A stretch of 64,000 bases of DNA from Amoebophrya sp. A120 (Eukaryota > Protista > Dinoflagellata). This document shows, one piece after another, positions 48,401 to 58,431 of this stretch; position 1 is the first letter of the stretch, and each line of letters begins with the position of its first letter. Under the pieces are notes generated by a model. The model searched no databases and was not told the origin of the DNA. It saw nothing but the letters and a program-made list of their open reading frames with translations. A program made the translations under genes and the position numbers. The stretch lies in assembly GCA_905178155.1 (NCBI GenBank), contig CAJINV010000002.1, positions 7,408,743 through 7,472,742 on the forward strand. The letters are read 5' to 3'.

Positions 48401-48994
48401 CAACTGGTGGCGTGTGCGACCGACACCAGGGATGTTGTAATGGTCGTAATCACCGCGATCGATGTCTGCACTCGGTCCGGGCCTGCTGCTGTCAACGTCG
48501 AAAAGTCCACCTCGCCCTGCCCGGCTTAGCCCACTCGTAGTTGTGGCTGTCGGGTTAGCTTCCCGCAGAGATGGAAAATCTGCCGAGGATCCGGCAGCAG
48601 GATTGTCCTCCCATTCCCACCCAGGGTTAACCACGACGCGAGGATTTCTGCGGAGCTGTCGACGACTAGAATTACTAGCATTCAACGGAGCTGCTGGCGC
48701 AGCAGAAGGTTGAGTGGCATCTTCATCTTCTGCCGCGGTATCCTCTCTCGCTCTCGGAGGAGCAGCAGATCCAAAAATGGACGCCTCAACCACCGGCATG
48801 GAGTCACTTCGACCTGCCCTGGACAGACTTGCTGGAGTGGGAGTATCTACTCGGCCGCGGCACACGATGCATTTCGTCTTGTTGGGCAGTTTGTGGTAGC
48901 AATTCTGGCAGAGACCGTGGCCGCAACGAGGGATGACCATCGGACGGACATTTACGCCGTCGTAGTCCTCGAAACAAACGGGACAAGAACTCAT
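45434..48994 (-). CDS. N-terminal C3HC4 RING-finger protein, paralog of 41248-44004
   Basis: CPVCFEDY..RPMVIPRCGHGLCQNC..CIVCR; shares IQINRQFEAYLQ and SRVQTLLRLAEEDR blocks; the stop overlaps a GTAAG, so a further exon is possible. Confidence 0.85.
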   Translation of the reverse strand: MSSCPVCFEDYDGVNVRPMVIPRCGHGLCQNCYHKLPNKTKCIVCRGRVDTPTPASLSRAGRSDSMPVVEASIFGSAAPPRAREDTAAEDEDATQPSAAPAAPLNASNSSRRQLRRNPRVVVNPGWEWEDNPAAGSSADFPSLREANPTATTTSGLSRAGRGGLFDVDSSRPGPSADIDRGDYDHYNIPGVGRTRHQLESRWFNERGDRVPLRRVPRGPAAPMSARRAEETEPSTVDGGGIQINRQFEAYLQEQRQKKLAGAGATTGANGNNSKKSSKSSASATTNSAGGGPPQGGIRNSSATSSSKVASDQDQSSSSSLESQEKLHQVTEAIRKRLCDVEDTAMFTALEMDVLSNLLSTNAPPLQWTAQQWRAVEKFTSFLVMEQGKCGVFWKDESTEMKELAELPPAVSLATVDGPEQQHKSKSLLFQMFGTAPAAAAASSTGTAVVTHCATADASALPAPASASSVLVADQQQNASSMANGNYPALEREQIQMQSASADASVSPQTVPHVPINVDGDVVPSSQEPSAAQQDQEASRRSGNAPAPATNTDERGLMEGEQERGDPAHGASLSAATSANVLGANNAPVVPARTDIESRVQTLLRLAEEDRAAGREDMYNARLRRLDELLDASNPEQVRGDLVARRRERALERERERRARTVIRPGTDDLLTQVMQSRVLNRPGDGGRMAPRLPPREQPLHDADHAHVAIAPYPNQGTSGTAAAGGPPNTIGQSAGRGSVFALDRPVPPRLHRREGWTHQASSPHEIPFNPVNRVRTPPGLDPSPGASAAPLSQNHENATALPGPPPPPGGFVASAARNIEPQLHLQEAQQVQNAPGLFTGFPPALANGGVIDSTSAAVTGAAPGDFAQEPAPPGEAHTAANATATGASQEQAQIDVDALPGCNQNAVHHHRDQQIRDTVARGLAFSNSVVTSDRPRALVQARAIREQQNAPTFSNPVASSSASNVAVIGAETSAATDVGGPPVVGGSGPTSGLNENGNHSGIDHTADNNHLSNDAGLTPMITMVPSYAPPAPQEISPPRQQPAASMPEDPPCGPEARQQPHDWRPRVVNLSPTTGTASAPMPIPFASNNYSHNYAPGGINNQQPNDVYFGGGPMAMPFSSPDFYPNGASRRPQVFILSPRGTVHQRTAPQSQNFWWTGVGATAPAAPAFAPPVGSHEPDEAFPFFR

Positions 48995-49683
48995 CTTTGT
49001 TTTTTTCTCTTTCAATCTGGAATCAAGGTAAAAGGAAAGGGAGAATCATGTCAAACAAGTCAAAGTGGCGCTGGCGATAGCATCGCTCTTACTTCGGCCC
49101 GGTGGAAATTTTCTCAATGTCAATACAAGAGATTGTTGCTGTACCTCCCTGAAAAACACTTGAAGCTACGAAGAAAAGAGACAAAACAGGTACGACAGCT
49201 GTAGATGTAGTTCGTCTAGTCTTCATCTGTATCACATTTGTGCTTCTTTATCAACATTATCCGACCATGCTTGAAATATTTTCCCTTATCCTTGTACTCT
49301 AGTGTACCTTTACCTCTCATCTTCCTTGACGACGTGGGTCTCTGCCTCTTTGTCAACATTGATTTTGATACGAGGAAATAAGGGCGAGTCATCGTCGAGT
49401 CCTGATACCACGAAACGACAACGACTGAAAATTTCAACGACATCCTCTTTCAGAGTACCTACACGATCATCGCCGCCCTGTCAATAGATGGCACCACGAC
49501 GCTTGATAAAGATAATCATAATATTGTGATCCCGAAAGTATTACTCTACGATGACAATTCGCTCAAAAGCAAAACCGAGCCGAAGCCATCGAGTCAGTCT
49601 CCAAACGCAAACGTTCAACGCAACTAGTGGTCCAAATTACGCCTCTTGAAGTTTATTTTTGCTGGTAAGTACTTTCTTCAAGC

Positions 49684-50925
49684 TCAGAGATCCCAGTGTG
49701 TTTTTCTTTCGTTGGGGTGCAGGGGGACCTGGTATTTGATGTCTCGATTGTCTACTTTTCCATTGTATTTCAGTTCCTTGTCTGCAGTTTTGTTCTTCCC
49801 GCCCTGGATCGTGCCGAGCAGTTTGTAAAACGCGCGGTCCGGGTCTTCGTCTGAAATCCACCCCATTTCGAAGGTCTGACTTCCAAGCAGAGTAAACAGA
49901 GGAATGAGCCGGTAGCAACGAAGCGTGAGACCTGTACAGGTTTTACATAGAAATAGGTAAACCCAAACGCTTGCTCTTCCTGGTGTTACGGGACGAATAG
50001 ATACAAGTGCGCACTACACCATTGCGCAGCTGCTCTGAACCGGCATTTGCATTAGGCACTACTGCATCAGAAAATCAAGAGAAGGATCTGGCGATGCCAT
50101 TACTTACACGACAGCATCAACCATACCTGCTTGCAGCATGCTGTAGTCCGTGACTTTCTTTCCGTGCTTTGAAATCCCTGTTGTCAGATGCCGCCACGAC
50201 TGCGTCATGCTTGCCTCCTGTACTTTCAGAATGCCCTCCTGAAATTTCGACCGCGGAAATGTCTGCATGTGCGTCTTTACCACATCAAAGGGGTGGCTTG
50301 CCACCGTTGCGAGGGTAGCGAGGAAAAAGGAAACGAAGAAGGTCATCGGGTCCGTCACCGGCTTTTTGAAATTTTGCACCACCGAGTTCCCCAACCCCGA
50401 AGACGTCTTTTCATACGATTCCTGCTCGTAACTCGTGGCTATCAGCCCCGACCCCTTCGCGAGCAGAAGGCCCCCGCAGTAGATGCTCGTGAAGGTCAAA
50501 TCCCGTCCAATCGTCGGCAAGAGCCCCTTCGCGCCGCGCCTTTTGAGAGGCAATAGGCAGTGGAGGAAATCGAACCCGGCGAGGCCCTGGGACTGGTGTA
50601 GCGTTCGCTGGTATTCCAGTGGGGAGAGGAACAGAGTCGTCAAAAACCGTGCCTCCAAAGCGGCGAGAAACGCCCCGTCGTTTTTGTGCCGGATGTCGTA
50701 GATGAAGCCGAACATGACCGGCGTCGCGAGGTAATAGCCGATCGATTGGAACATTCCGCGCTTCCAGCCGTAGTTTGCCGCATACTGCGACACCTTCGGG
50801 ATTTCCGGTCGGTCGAAAAATTTTGCATACTGGTACCGGTTTTTTGCCAGGTCCAACGGGTTGGCGATGATGGCGCCGAACCCCTGCAGCGCGATGGACG
50901 TGATCAGAGCGTCGGCACCCGACAT
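49684..50925 (-). CDS. Mitochondrial carrier (SLC25 family; SLC25A39/40/Mtm1-like)
   Basis: Three PxD/ExxK/R signatures (PLDLAK, PLEYQR, PFDVVK); GLLPTIGRDLTFTSIY; GT-AG intron 49932-50126 supplies GLTLRCYRLIP for the sixth helix. Confidence 0.85.
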
Positions 50926-52085
50926 GGTGGCCACGAGGAACGAGTCCGGTGGCCACTAGCGGTACGGTAATAATCGACGCAGCAGATTTCGAAAGACGAT
51001 GAAAAAATCTAGAGATCCTTCATCCTTGCGAGACAGAGATTACGGCTGCCTCATGCTACGTAGTGGAGGCTATTCCGTATCCAATTCCAAAACAAGAGGA
51101 AAGACGAGACGAATGCTCGTCATAGAAAGATTATCTTACAGTTACACGTACGTAGAAGCGAAAGCTATATACATGTCGGGGTCGGAAACCAAAGCCAGAA
51201 GATGATGCTGAGCAAAAACCCTGGCCGCTTGTTCGTTGCGACGTTTCTTGCTCAAGAACTGGGTTGTGGTGCTACGAGTTGTACGAGTCACCATCTATCA
51301 CACAAGGTGTCCTAGCGCAAGAAGTTTGAGTCCTCCCTGAACAATACATGAAAATAATCCGAACCACAAAAAAAAACTACGGCACTGTACAGGCCGCGAC
51401 TCAATGACATGAGGTGACTTTTCCTCCTCACAACCAGAAGCCCTCGCAGTATCCGCAGCCCTTCCGGTATTTTTTGTATGTTCATTTTTTCGTCGCGTTT
51501 GCGTTTTTAGTTGTTCGTTTTCTCAAATTTTACAAGACTGCCACTTCTCACTTCAGAAGTTGTATCCACGATAAATGCAAATGCATTTTTGTCTCAGCTG
51601 TGCTTGTGCATTTTTTTCTTTTACGAGGTTCAGGTTTCATGTTGATGCTCCTGATGAAAAATATGTTTTTTTTGCCTTTATTCTTGGAATACACAATTCG
51701 TTTGCGGCAAAGCTGGCACCGTATGCATCTTCGGACATACAACTGCGGACCGTACCTTCGAGGGTGTAAATTTCGTCATGCAGCTCTGATAAATACGAAG
51801 TATTATAATCGATGAGAGACGCGTCTCTTATTCCGGAAGTCGATCCGCATGCACTGCAGACGATCAATAAAAACCAACATGCCTCAGAATTGCCACAAAA
51901 GTGCAATCGTTTGTTGAAAACAATGATGATCGTCTAAAAAGTTGAAGGACAAGCGACACACGTAAAAAAATCATTGTATAGCAGCAACAGCGCATCCATC
52001 CCTATAATAAATTCAATCTCTGGCTTCTTTAGTTGCCCCAATTTTTCAAAAAAAAGCGCCAAAATGAAAATTGTATCTGAATGCC

Positions 52086-52613
52086 TGTTAGTGGACTTGA
52101 GAACACTCGCACACACTTACACACGTTTGCTCCACTGAGCTCGTTATCAACAGCAATTCAATGAATTCTCTCAATTGCAAGTAAGCAAGCAAGTGACGCA
52201 AGTCGCTTGCTGCGTTACATCCTGTAGGTTCAATTCATCCAAATTCATCGCATTCATATGGACCAAACCTGGTCAGAGCCAAGTGGCAAAACAGCATGGG
52301 AGTCCATCCCTCAACCTTGACGGTTTGGCGCTCGACCCTGGCGGGAGTCAAGTCCCTCAGGGCGACCATTCTGAACGTCTGGACCGAGCTGAGTCCATTC
52401 ATTTCACTACGATCCTGATGGCTTTGCCTTCGTAGTATTTGGGGGATTCGCGGAACATGGTGAAGAGATTCCTTTAGGATCTAGATAGATTCTGACCATT
52501 TCCCTAAGGATCTAGCTAGTTCAGGTCATTCAGATTTGTCATTTCATTTTGGAACAGGCGTCATTTGGGGCGATCGTGTTACGTGTGTGCGGGATCGATT
52601 TCCATGACCAACG
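52086..52613 (-). repeat. 3' LTR
   Basis: Direct repeat of 57770-58296 with about 15 differences by eye. Confidence 0.95.
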
Positions 52614-52622
52614 CCCCTCCTC
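52614..52622 (-). other. Polypurine tract GAGGAGGGG
   Basis: Immediately upstream of the 3' LTR on the minus strand. Confidence 0.85.
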
Positions 52623-52704
52623 AATCGCTGCGGCGGTGGTGCTAATCTGGATAACGTCCTACCACACTCCCCTCCTGAGCGCGCTGTGGTAAACTAGCTA
52701 TACA

Positions 52705-55700
52705 CTAGAAACCAAAACAAATCGAATAGGTATAGCCTACTTTAGCCTTGCCCTTCTTATGATTCCCCTCAGTGAAAGTGTCTAAATCATCCTCATCGTC
52801 AGAGGAGTCACAAATAAAGGACTTTGGGTCTGGGTTATCAATATGGTGCAAGAGTAAGCGTCTCTGCGGCACACTACACTCGAGCTTCGTGAGACCGTCT
52901 GCCTTCATTAGGTAGGTCGGGCAGAACATGATCTGTCTCGCTGCGTCTCTCACGCGGAGATATCGCAGTGCGTAGTGCCTCGATTTCGGTTTGTTGTCTG
53001 TGCTCTTCGCTGTAGTTATCGCGGACTGGTTGTCGATCCACAATATGGCATCATCCACCCAGGGAGGGAGATAAGCCATTCTGCTTTTCCACCATGACAG
53101 TGGGTAGAGGTTTGAAGAACTCTGTAAAGTCATTCTGCTCGCTCAGCACAATAGTGTCGGAAGCAGCTATATACTCCGCCTCCGCCGTGGAGTACGCCCA
53201 CACGGTCTGCCGGTTGCTACGCCAACAGATCGGGAAGCCGCGGAAGTACATAATGCTACCACTAGTGCTTCGCATGGTCTTGCAACAGTTCGCAAAACTA
53301 GCATCCGAAAACAGATTCACATCAGGCAAGTCTCTCCCTTCGGGCAGTAGCTTGCTGTAGATTCTGTTGAATTCTTCCTCAATCTCCGGACTATACGACA
53401 GACCCTGCTCTTTCGTTGTCAATAGATACTTCAGAATCTTCTTACAGGCGTATACGACAGGCCGAGTCGCCGGCTTGCCTACGTATCTCGCGACAGTGGC
53501 AACCGGGACAACAATTTCTACCCTGCAAGTGGTTGCAGCCCACTGCAGAGAGCCAGCGACCTCTCGAAGGGGAAGACCTTCAATAACTTTAGCTCCTTCA
53601 ACTTCTTTAGCGAGTTCAGACTCATCGAAGTTTGGCGAGTGGACCGGCTTGCCCGCTTCTGAGACGTGGAATTTCTTACAAATCTTGGATATGTACTCTG
53701 GCATCACGATCCTCACGGTTCGTAGATTCCAGTTGTAGCACACTATTGACCCTAGGAAGTCAAACTTCTTGGACACAGAGTGAAACTCCGGAACAAGCTC
53801 GACGTCGATCGTGCGCCCCTTGACGTGGTGCAAGATCTCCGCAAGTTCTCCAGCCAACTCGGACCCAGTCGGAGGACCTGTGATAGGATTATCGTCGACA
53901 TACACTGCCAACTTCAGAAACTTCCCAGGGTGTTCCAAGCTCGGTTTCTTCCACAGACCTGGCGCAGAGGGACAGGGTTCCCAGCCTAGCTTGGTCAGTA
54001 CTTCCTCATACTTCTTATACCAGAGCCTGGGGGCGTCTTTCAAGCCGTAAAGCGCTTTCTTGAGCTTGACAATCTCCACGCCGTGCTTTTTCGCCCAGAT
54101 GGGTGGCAAGCGGCAGAAGACATCGCGATCAAGTAAGGCATTGAGAAACGCACTATCAAGATCGAACGGGATCACATCATCACCGTCTGCGGCTGCAGCG
54201 GCAAGAAGTAACCTGTTAGCGGCATGGGACACAACAGGAGCGAAAGTGTCCAGCTCGCCCGAACGATCTAGATTCCCGAGAACAACTGCTCGCGCTTTCT
54301 TCGTACCGTCACGCTTCTCGGTAAGAAGGATAGCAATAGGCAAAACCTGCTTTGCGGTCGCTAGCTCCTCGTCAGTAGCTGGCTCCCACACTTTATAGGC
54401 TTCAAGTCTACAATCTTCCTTGTTGTTTGCTGCGTTCCATTCGACTGAGTCTTTGCAGCGAGCAGGATCCAACTTGGCCGATGTAGTCAAGTAACACTGG
54501 ACGTCAAGGAATTCCTCACCTTCCTCTCGATCGTCCTGTGCTGCTATTGCTGCGGCAAAGGCACTAGCGTCCTCTCTCAATTCTGCGAGCTCTTTCTTAG
54601 TACGTCTCACGCGCTTTGTCTTGTCCTTTCTCCCTTTGGGACGGCCACGACCTCGCGGCTTGGAGTTGCGGTTGCCAACCACAATCCGCGCCGGAGACGG
54701 GCTCGCCTTTCTTGGACTAGATAAGCTGCTGTGAGTGGGGTGATCGTCCAGATTCCCCTCCTCAGGTTTAACACCTTCAGGCTCGGGATGTATCTGGCCC
54801 GGATCGTCTTCCCTATCCAGACTTTCAACCACCAACGTCTCTTCTGGACCGTCAGGCTGCCTACCAGTGTGCTCCGAGACATCCACCCCCAGCCGGTGCT
54901 CAGCCCTTTTTATCAGACCGACACACGGGAGAGATGGCGCACACGACGCTCCACTGGGTAGGGCCTCGATTGCGTCACACTCGACATAGATGCCTTTCGA
55001 GTTAGGAACTAGGTCTTCAACATTCTTCACGAGGTACTCCTCACGGAACTTGACGTCGATGGTGGAATACTCCATCCAACGATGTCCCGCGGCGGACCGG
55101 CCGTCCGTGACATACGTCCCAACCCGCCAGCCCGAAGACTTAGGACAAAGGCCGAGAAATACACCACGACGAAATGGCGCGGACAGCTTTGGAGCAACCA
55201 CTTCTACTCCCCCCTCAGGAGCTTCATGAGCTTCGCCTTTCTTGACTTGTTCACGAAAATAAACGAGACAACCAAAACGCCTTAGCATCCTTGTGCCAAC
55301 TTTCGAGCTATTTCTTCCAGTTCTCTCATCCAGAATTTCTGCAGGAGTCTTTCCGTCGTACTCAGGCACTTTGCTATACTTATGCGGAAGGCGGTCCCAG
55401 CATGCTGCAGCGTACTCGACCGAGTAGCACCACAGACGCTTGTCCACGTTCACCAACATCGCACGCACAGCGCCGAATATGGTCCGCATAAAGCGTTCGC
55501 AGGTTCCGTTCTGCTCTGGGTTGTAGGGAACCGTAGGAGCATCACCGACCCGCAGCGATTGCATGACCTTGGTCATGGAGTCACTGCCCAGAGCTGGCTC
55601 ATTGTCCCTACGGACGAACCATACCACTTTGTCCTCGAGGGTCAAAGCGTAGTTCTGGCGAATGCCTTTGATCAATTCTTCCAAAACCTCAACGCAGTCA

Positions 55701-56530
55701 CTTTTCAGCTTAAGAGGGACACAGAAACACTTCTTGATGGCATCACAGATGACCACAAGCACGCAGGTGCGTGACCGAATCGATACAGGTTTAATACCTA
55801 CCGCGAAGTCCATCGCTAGTAGTTTCAATGGTTCAGGTTTGTAATTACTAGTGTCTCGCTCCTTGGCGTGAGAGCTTCTTGCGCCTTTCGCTTTGTCGCA
55901 TTCCGGACACTGGACATTAAGACCATCTACATGAAAGTGTCCGAATCTTCTATGTTGTTCTAGACGCGTAAGGTGACAACTAGCGATACTTTCTTCGATT
56001 GTAATGCATGCAATGTCTTCCGCGGTGTCACTAGTCGCCTGACCCCGGAGGCCCACCGCGAAAAGATCACACCCAAGGACTGGGAGGGTCAACCTCTCGC
56101 GGTTCTTGATTGGTAGCATCTGGCCGGATTCCCTGCTGACGAGAGAACCACCAGAGCTGTTGTAGTTCAGATCCCACCCACGATCACTGAGATTGTCCTC
56201 ACCGAGCCACGGAAGAATACGATCAATATCTCTTGGTAGATGTTTAAAGTAGACGCCGTAGGGTAAACCTAGAGCGTTTTCCTTCAATTTTCCTACAAAA
56301 CCATCACGAGCCCCGGCCGTGCCGTTGATGCGACAGACGTTGCTCGAGATGTCAATAAAATCCGAGTCGTGTCTAGATAAGTACTTGTTTGCACATGAAT
56401 CGACCAAGCTCACTTCGTCCTTGGTCTGTGCAATAAAACAGCTAGAGGAATCTATATGAAACTCCTCTAAATTCTCGAAGTTCAGCATACAGCTACCATA
56501 CTCCGAGATGTAAACATCTCCTTCATTTAG
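52705..56530 (-). CDS. pol: Copia Pol (PR-IN-RT-RNase H), with one frameshift near 53059
   Basis: LVDSCA (protease); HRRFGH..CPEC and D..D..E (integrase); DLDSAFL, KALYGLKDAPRLW, YVDD (RT); FSDASFA, STAEAEY, then DNQSAI..ADGLTK in another frame (RNase H). Confidence 0.92.
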
Positions 56531-57718
56531 TCAGGCTTCCCCTTGCCAGACCCAACCGCCCTTGTTTCCACCGGCTCCCTGCCCTTGATTCTGGTTGTTC
56601 ATCTGGTTCTGGCTCACCGGCGGACACCACTGCGGCTGCTGGTTTCCCCAGGCACCACCCCACTGACCCTTCCCTTGATTGTTAGGATTCCAGCGGCAAC
56701 GGTCAGCCTTATGGTTTTCCTTGCCACAGATCCAGCATTTGGGTTTGGTCACAGTGTTGTAGGGAGTGCTCTGGTTCCGACCAGTCTTGCCACCACCTTT
56801 CTGGCCACTTCCACCCTTAGCGTTAGACTTCGGGGGCAGGCCATGGGCAGCCAGGACGCTCGCTTCGGTCTGCTTGCGTAGTTTGGCTTTCATGCGTTTC
56901 AAGGCTTTCGCCGAGAACACCTTGCCAGAAGCAGCATTTTGACCATCATCAGCGGAGTCCGGCTCCTCATCGTCATCGTCTTTCTGACGTTTGTTTCCCT
57001 TCTTCTTCTTCGACTTCTCCTCAATGACCGGGAAGGCCTTGCCGAAGGACGGGCTCTCAATCTTGTAGGGCCCCGCCTTGACCAACTGCGCGCGCTTCTT
57101 CTCGAGACGGTTCCCGATCTCCTGCAAGGTGATGTGATCGGACTCGTCCACGCAGCGGTCGATGGTCTGGCGGAAGGCCGACGCAAACATCTTGGGCAGC
57201 TTGTCCAGAATGTTCTTCACATGACGATCTTCGACCGGACGCCCGGCTTCCGGAACGTAGACACTCGGCGCCATCTCCATCAGCTCGTGGATCTGAGCCA
57301 GGAACGTCGGAGCATCCTTCGGCGCGTCGCGGTTGTCGAAGTGCATGGCGTCGATCGAGGAGGTCTTGATGTGCTGCTGGTCACGGGAGGCAACATTGAA
57401 GCGACCAACGTCACGAATCCGCGCGAACAGTTGCGCAGCGTCATCGTTGATGTAGTGCTGACTGTTGACCCACGTGGCCACGGACCCGGCGCGCGACTTG
57501 TAGATGGCATCCTTCAGGTCGCGCCACTTCTCCCGGATCGCGTTATTGGCAGTGTTGTTCGCTTGCGGAATCCCCGGAGGGTTACCAGCAAGACGATTAT
57601 CCCAATACTCCTGGAGTCCGAGGCGAGAAACCTCGTTCGTGACCCCGCGATGCCAGATGCGCCAGTCCTGCGCGCTGGACAACTTCTCCGTCAATTTCGC
57701 CTCTTGGCCCATCTTCAA
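56531..57718 (-). CDS. gag: Copia Gag with CCHC zinc knuckle
   Basis: CWICGKENHKADRC (CX2CX4HX4C); lies directly after the 5' LTR. Confidence 0.9.
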   Translation of the reverse strand: MKMGQEAKLTEKLSSAQDWRIWHRGVTNEVSRLGLQEYWDNRLAGNPPGIPQANNTANNAIREKWRDLKDAIYKSRAGSVATWVNSQHYINDDAAQLFARIRDVGRFNVASRDQQHIKTSSIDAMHFDNRDAPKDAPTFLAQIHELMEMAPSVYVPEAGRPVEDRHVKNILDKLPKMFASAFRQTIDRCVDESDHITLQEIGNRLEKKRAQLVKAGPYKIESPSFGKAFPVIEEKSKKKKGNKRQKDDDDEEPDSADDGQNAASGKVFSAKALKRMKAKLRKQTEASVLAAHGLPPKSNAKGGSGQKGGGKTGRNQSTPYNTVTKPKCWICGKENHKADRCRWNPNNQGKGQWGGAWGNQQPQWCPPVSQNQMNNQNQGQGAGGNKGGWVWQGEA

Positions 57719-57769
57719 ATAAACTTATCTGACTAGAAGAGCCAGCTTGAGTCTCAAGGCGTAGCGTAG

Positions 57770-58296
57770 TGTTAGTGGACTTGAGAACACTCGCACACAC
57801 TTGCACACGTTTGCTCCACTGAGCTCGTTATCAACAGCAATTCAATGAATTCTCTCAATTGCAAGTAAGCAAGCAAGTGGCGCAAGTCTCTTGCTGCGTT
57901 ACATCCTGTAGGTTCAATTCATCCAAATTCATCGCATTCATATGGACCAAACCTGGTCAGAGTCAAGTGGCAAAACAGCATGGGGGTCCATCCCTCAACC
58001 TTGACGGTTTGGCGCTCGACCCTGGCGGGAGTCAAGTCCCTCAGGGCGACCATTCTGAACGTCTGGACCGAGCTGAGTCCATTCATTTCACTACGATCCT
58101 GATGGCTTTGCCTTCGTAGTATTTGGGGGATTCGCGGAACATGGTGAAGAGATTCCTTTAGGATCTATATTGATTCTGACCATTTCCCTAAGGATCTAGC
58201 TAGTTCAGGTCATTCAGGACTGTCATTTCATTGGGAACAGGCGTCATCTGGGGCGATCGTGTTACGTGTGTGCGGGATCGATTTCCATGGCCAACA
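57770..58296 (-). repeat. 5' LTR
   Basis: TGTTGG...CTAACA on the minus strand; repeat of 52086-52613. Confidence 0.95.
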
Positions 58297-58431
58297 ATAC
58301 CGAAACATACGCAGCACAATTACAACAGTTGCGGTTTTTTGTCTACAACTCGTGAAATATGAAACTTGTATCCGCGCCTATCCGTTGAATCACTGGAAAC
58401 AAAGGCCACCTGTCCTCCTTTACGTCATCGC

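Larger units (their letters stand above)
52086..58296 (-). mobile_element. Full-length Ty1/copia LTR retrotransposon (6211 bp)
   Basis: Two LTRs of about 527 bp; outer TG...CA termini; 5-bp TSD ATGCC/ATACC (1 mismatch); order gag-PR-IN-RT-RH; PPT present. Confidence 0.97.

Noticed and set aside
52175-52435. 86-aa plus-strand ORF duplicated at 57859-58119
   Set aside because: Lies within the LTRs, antisense, with a TTG start; LTR identity explains the duplication
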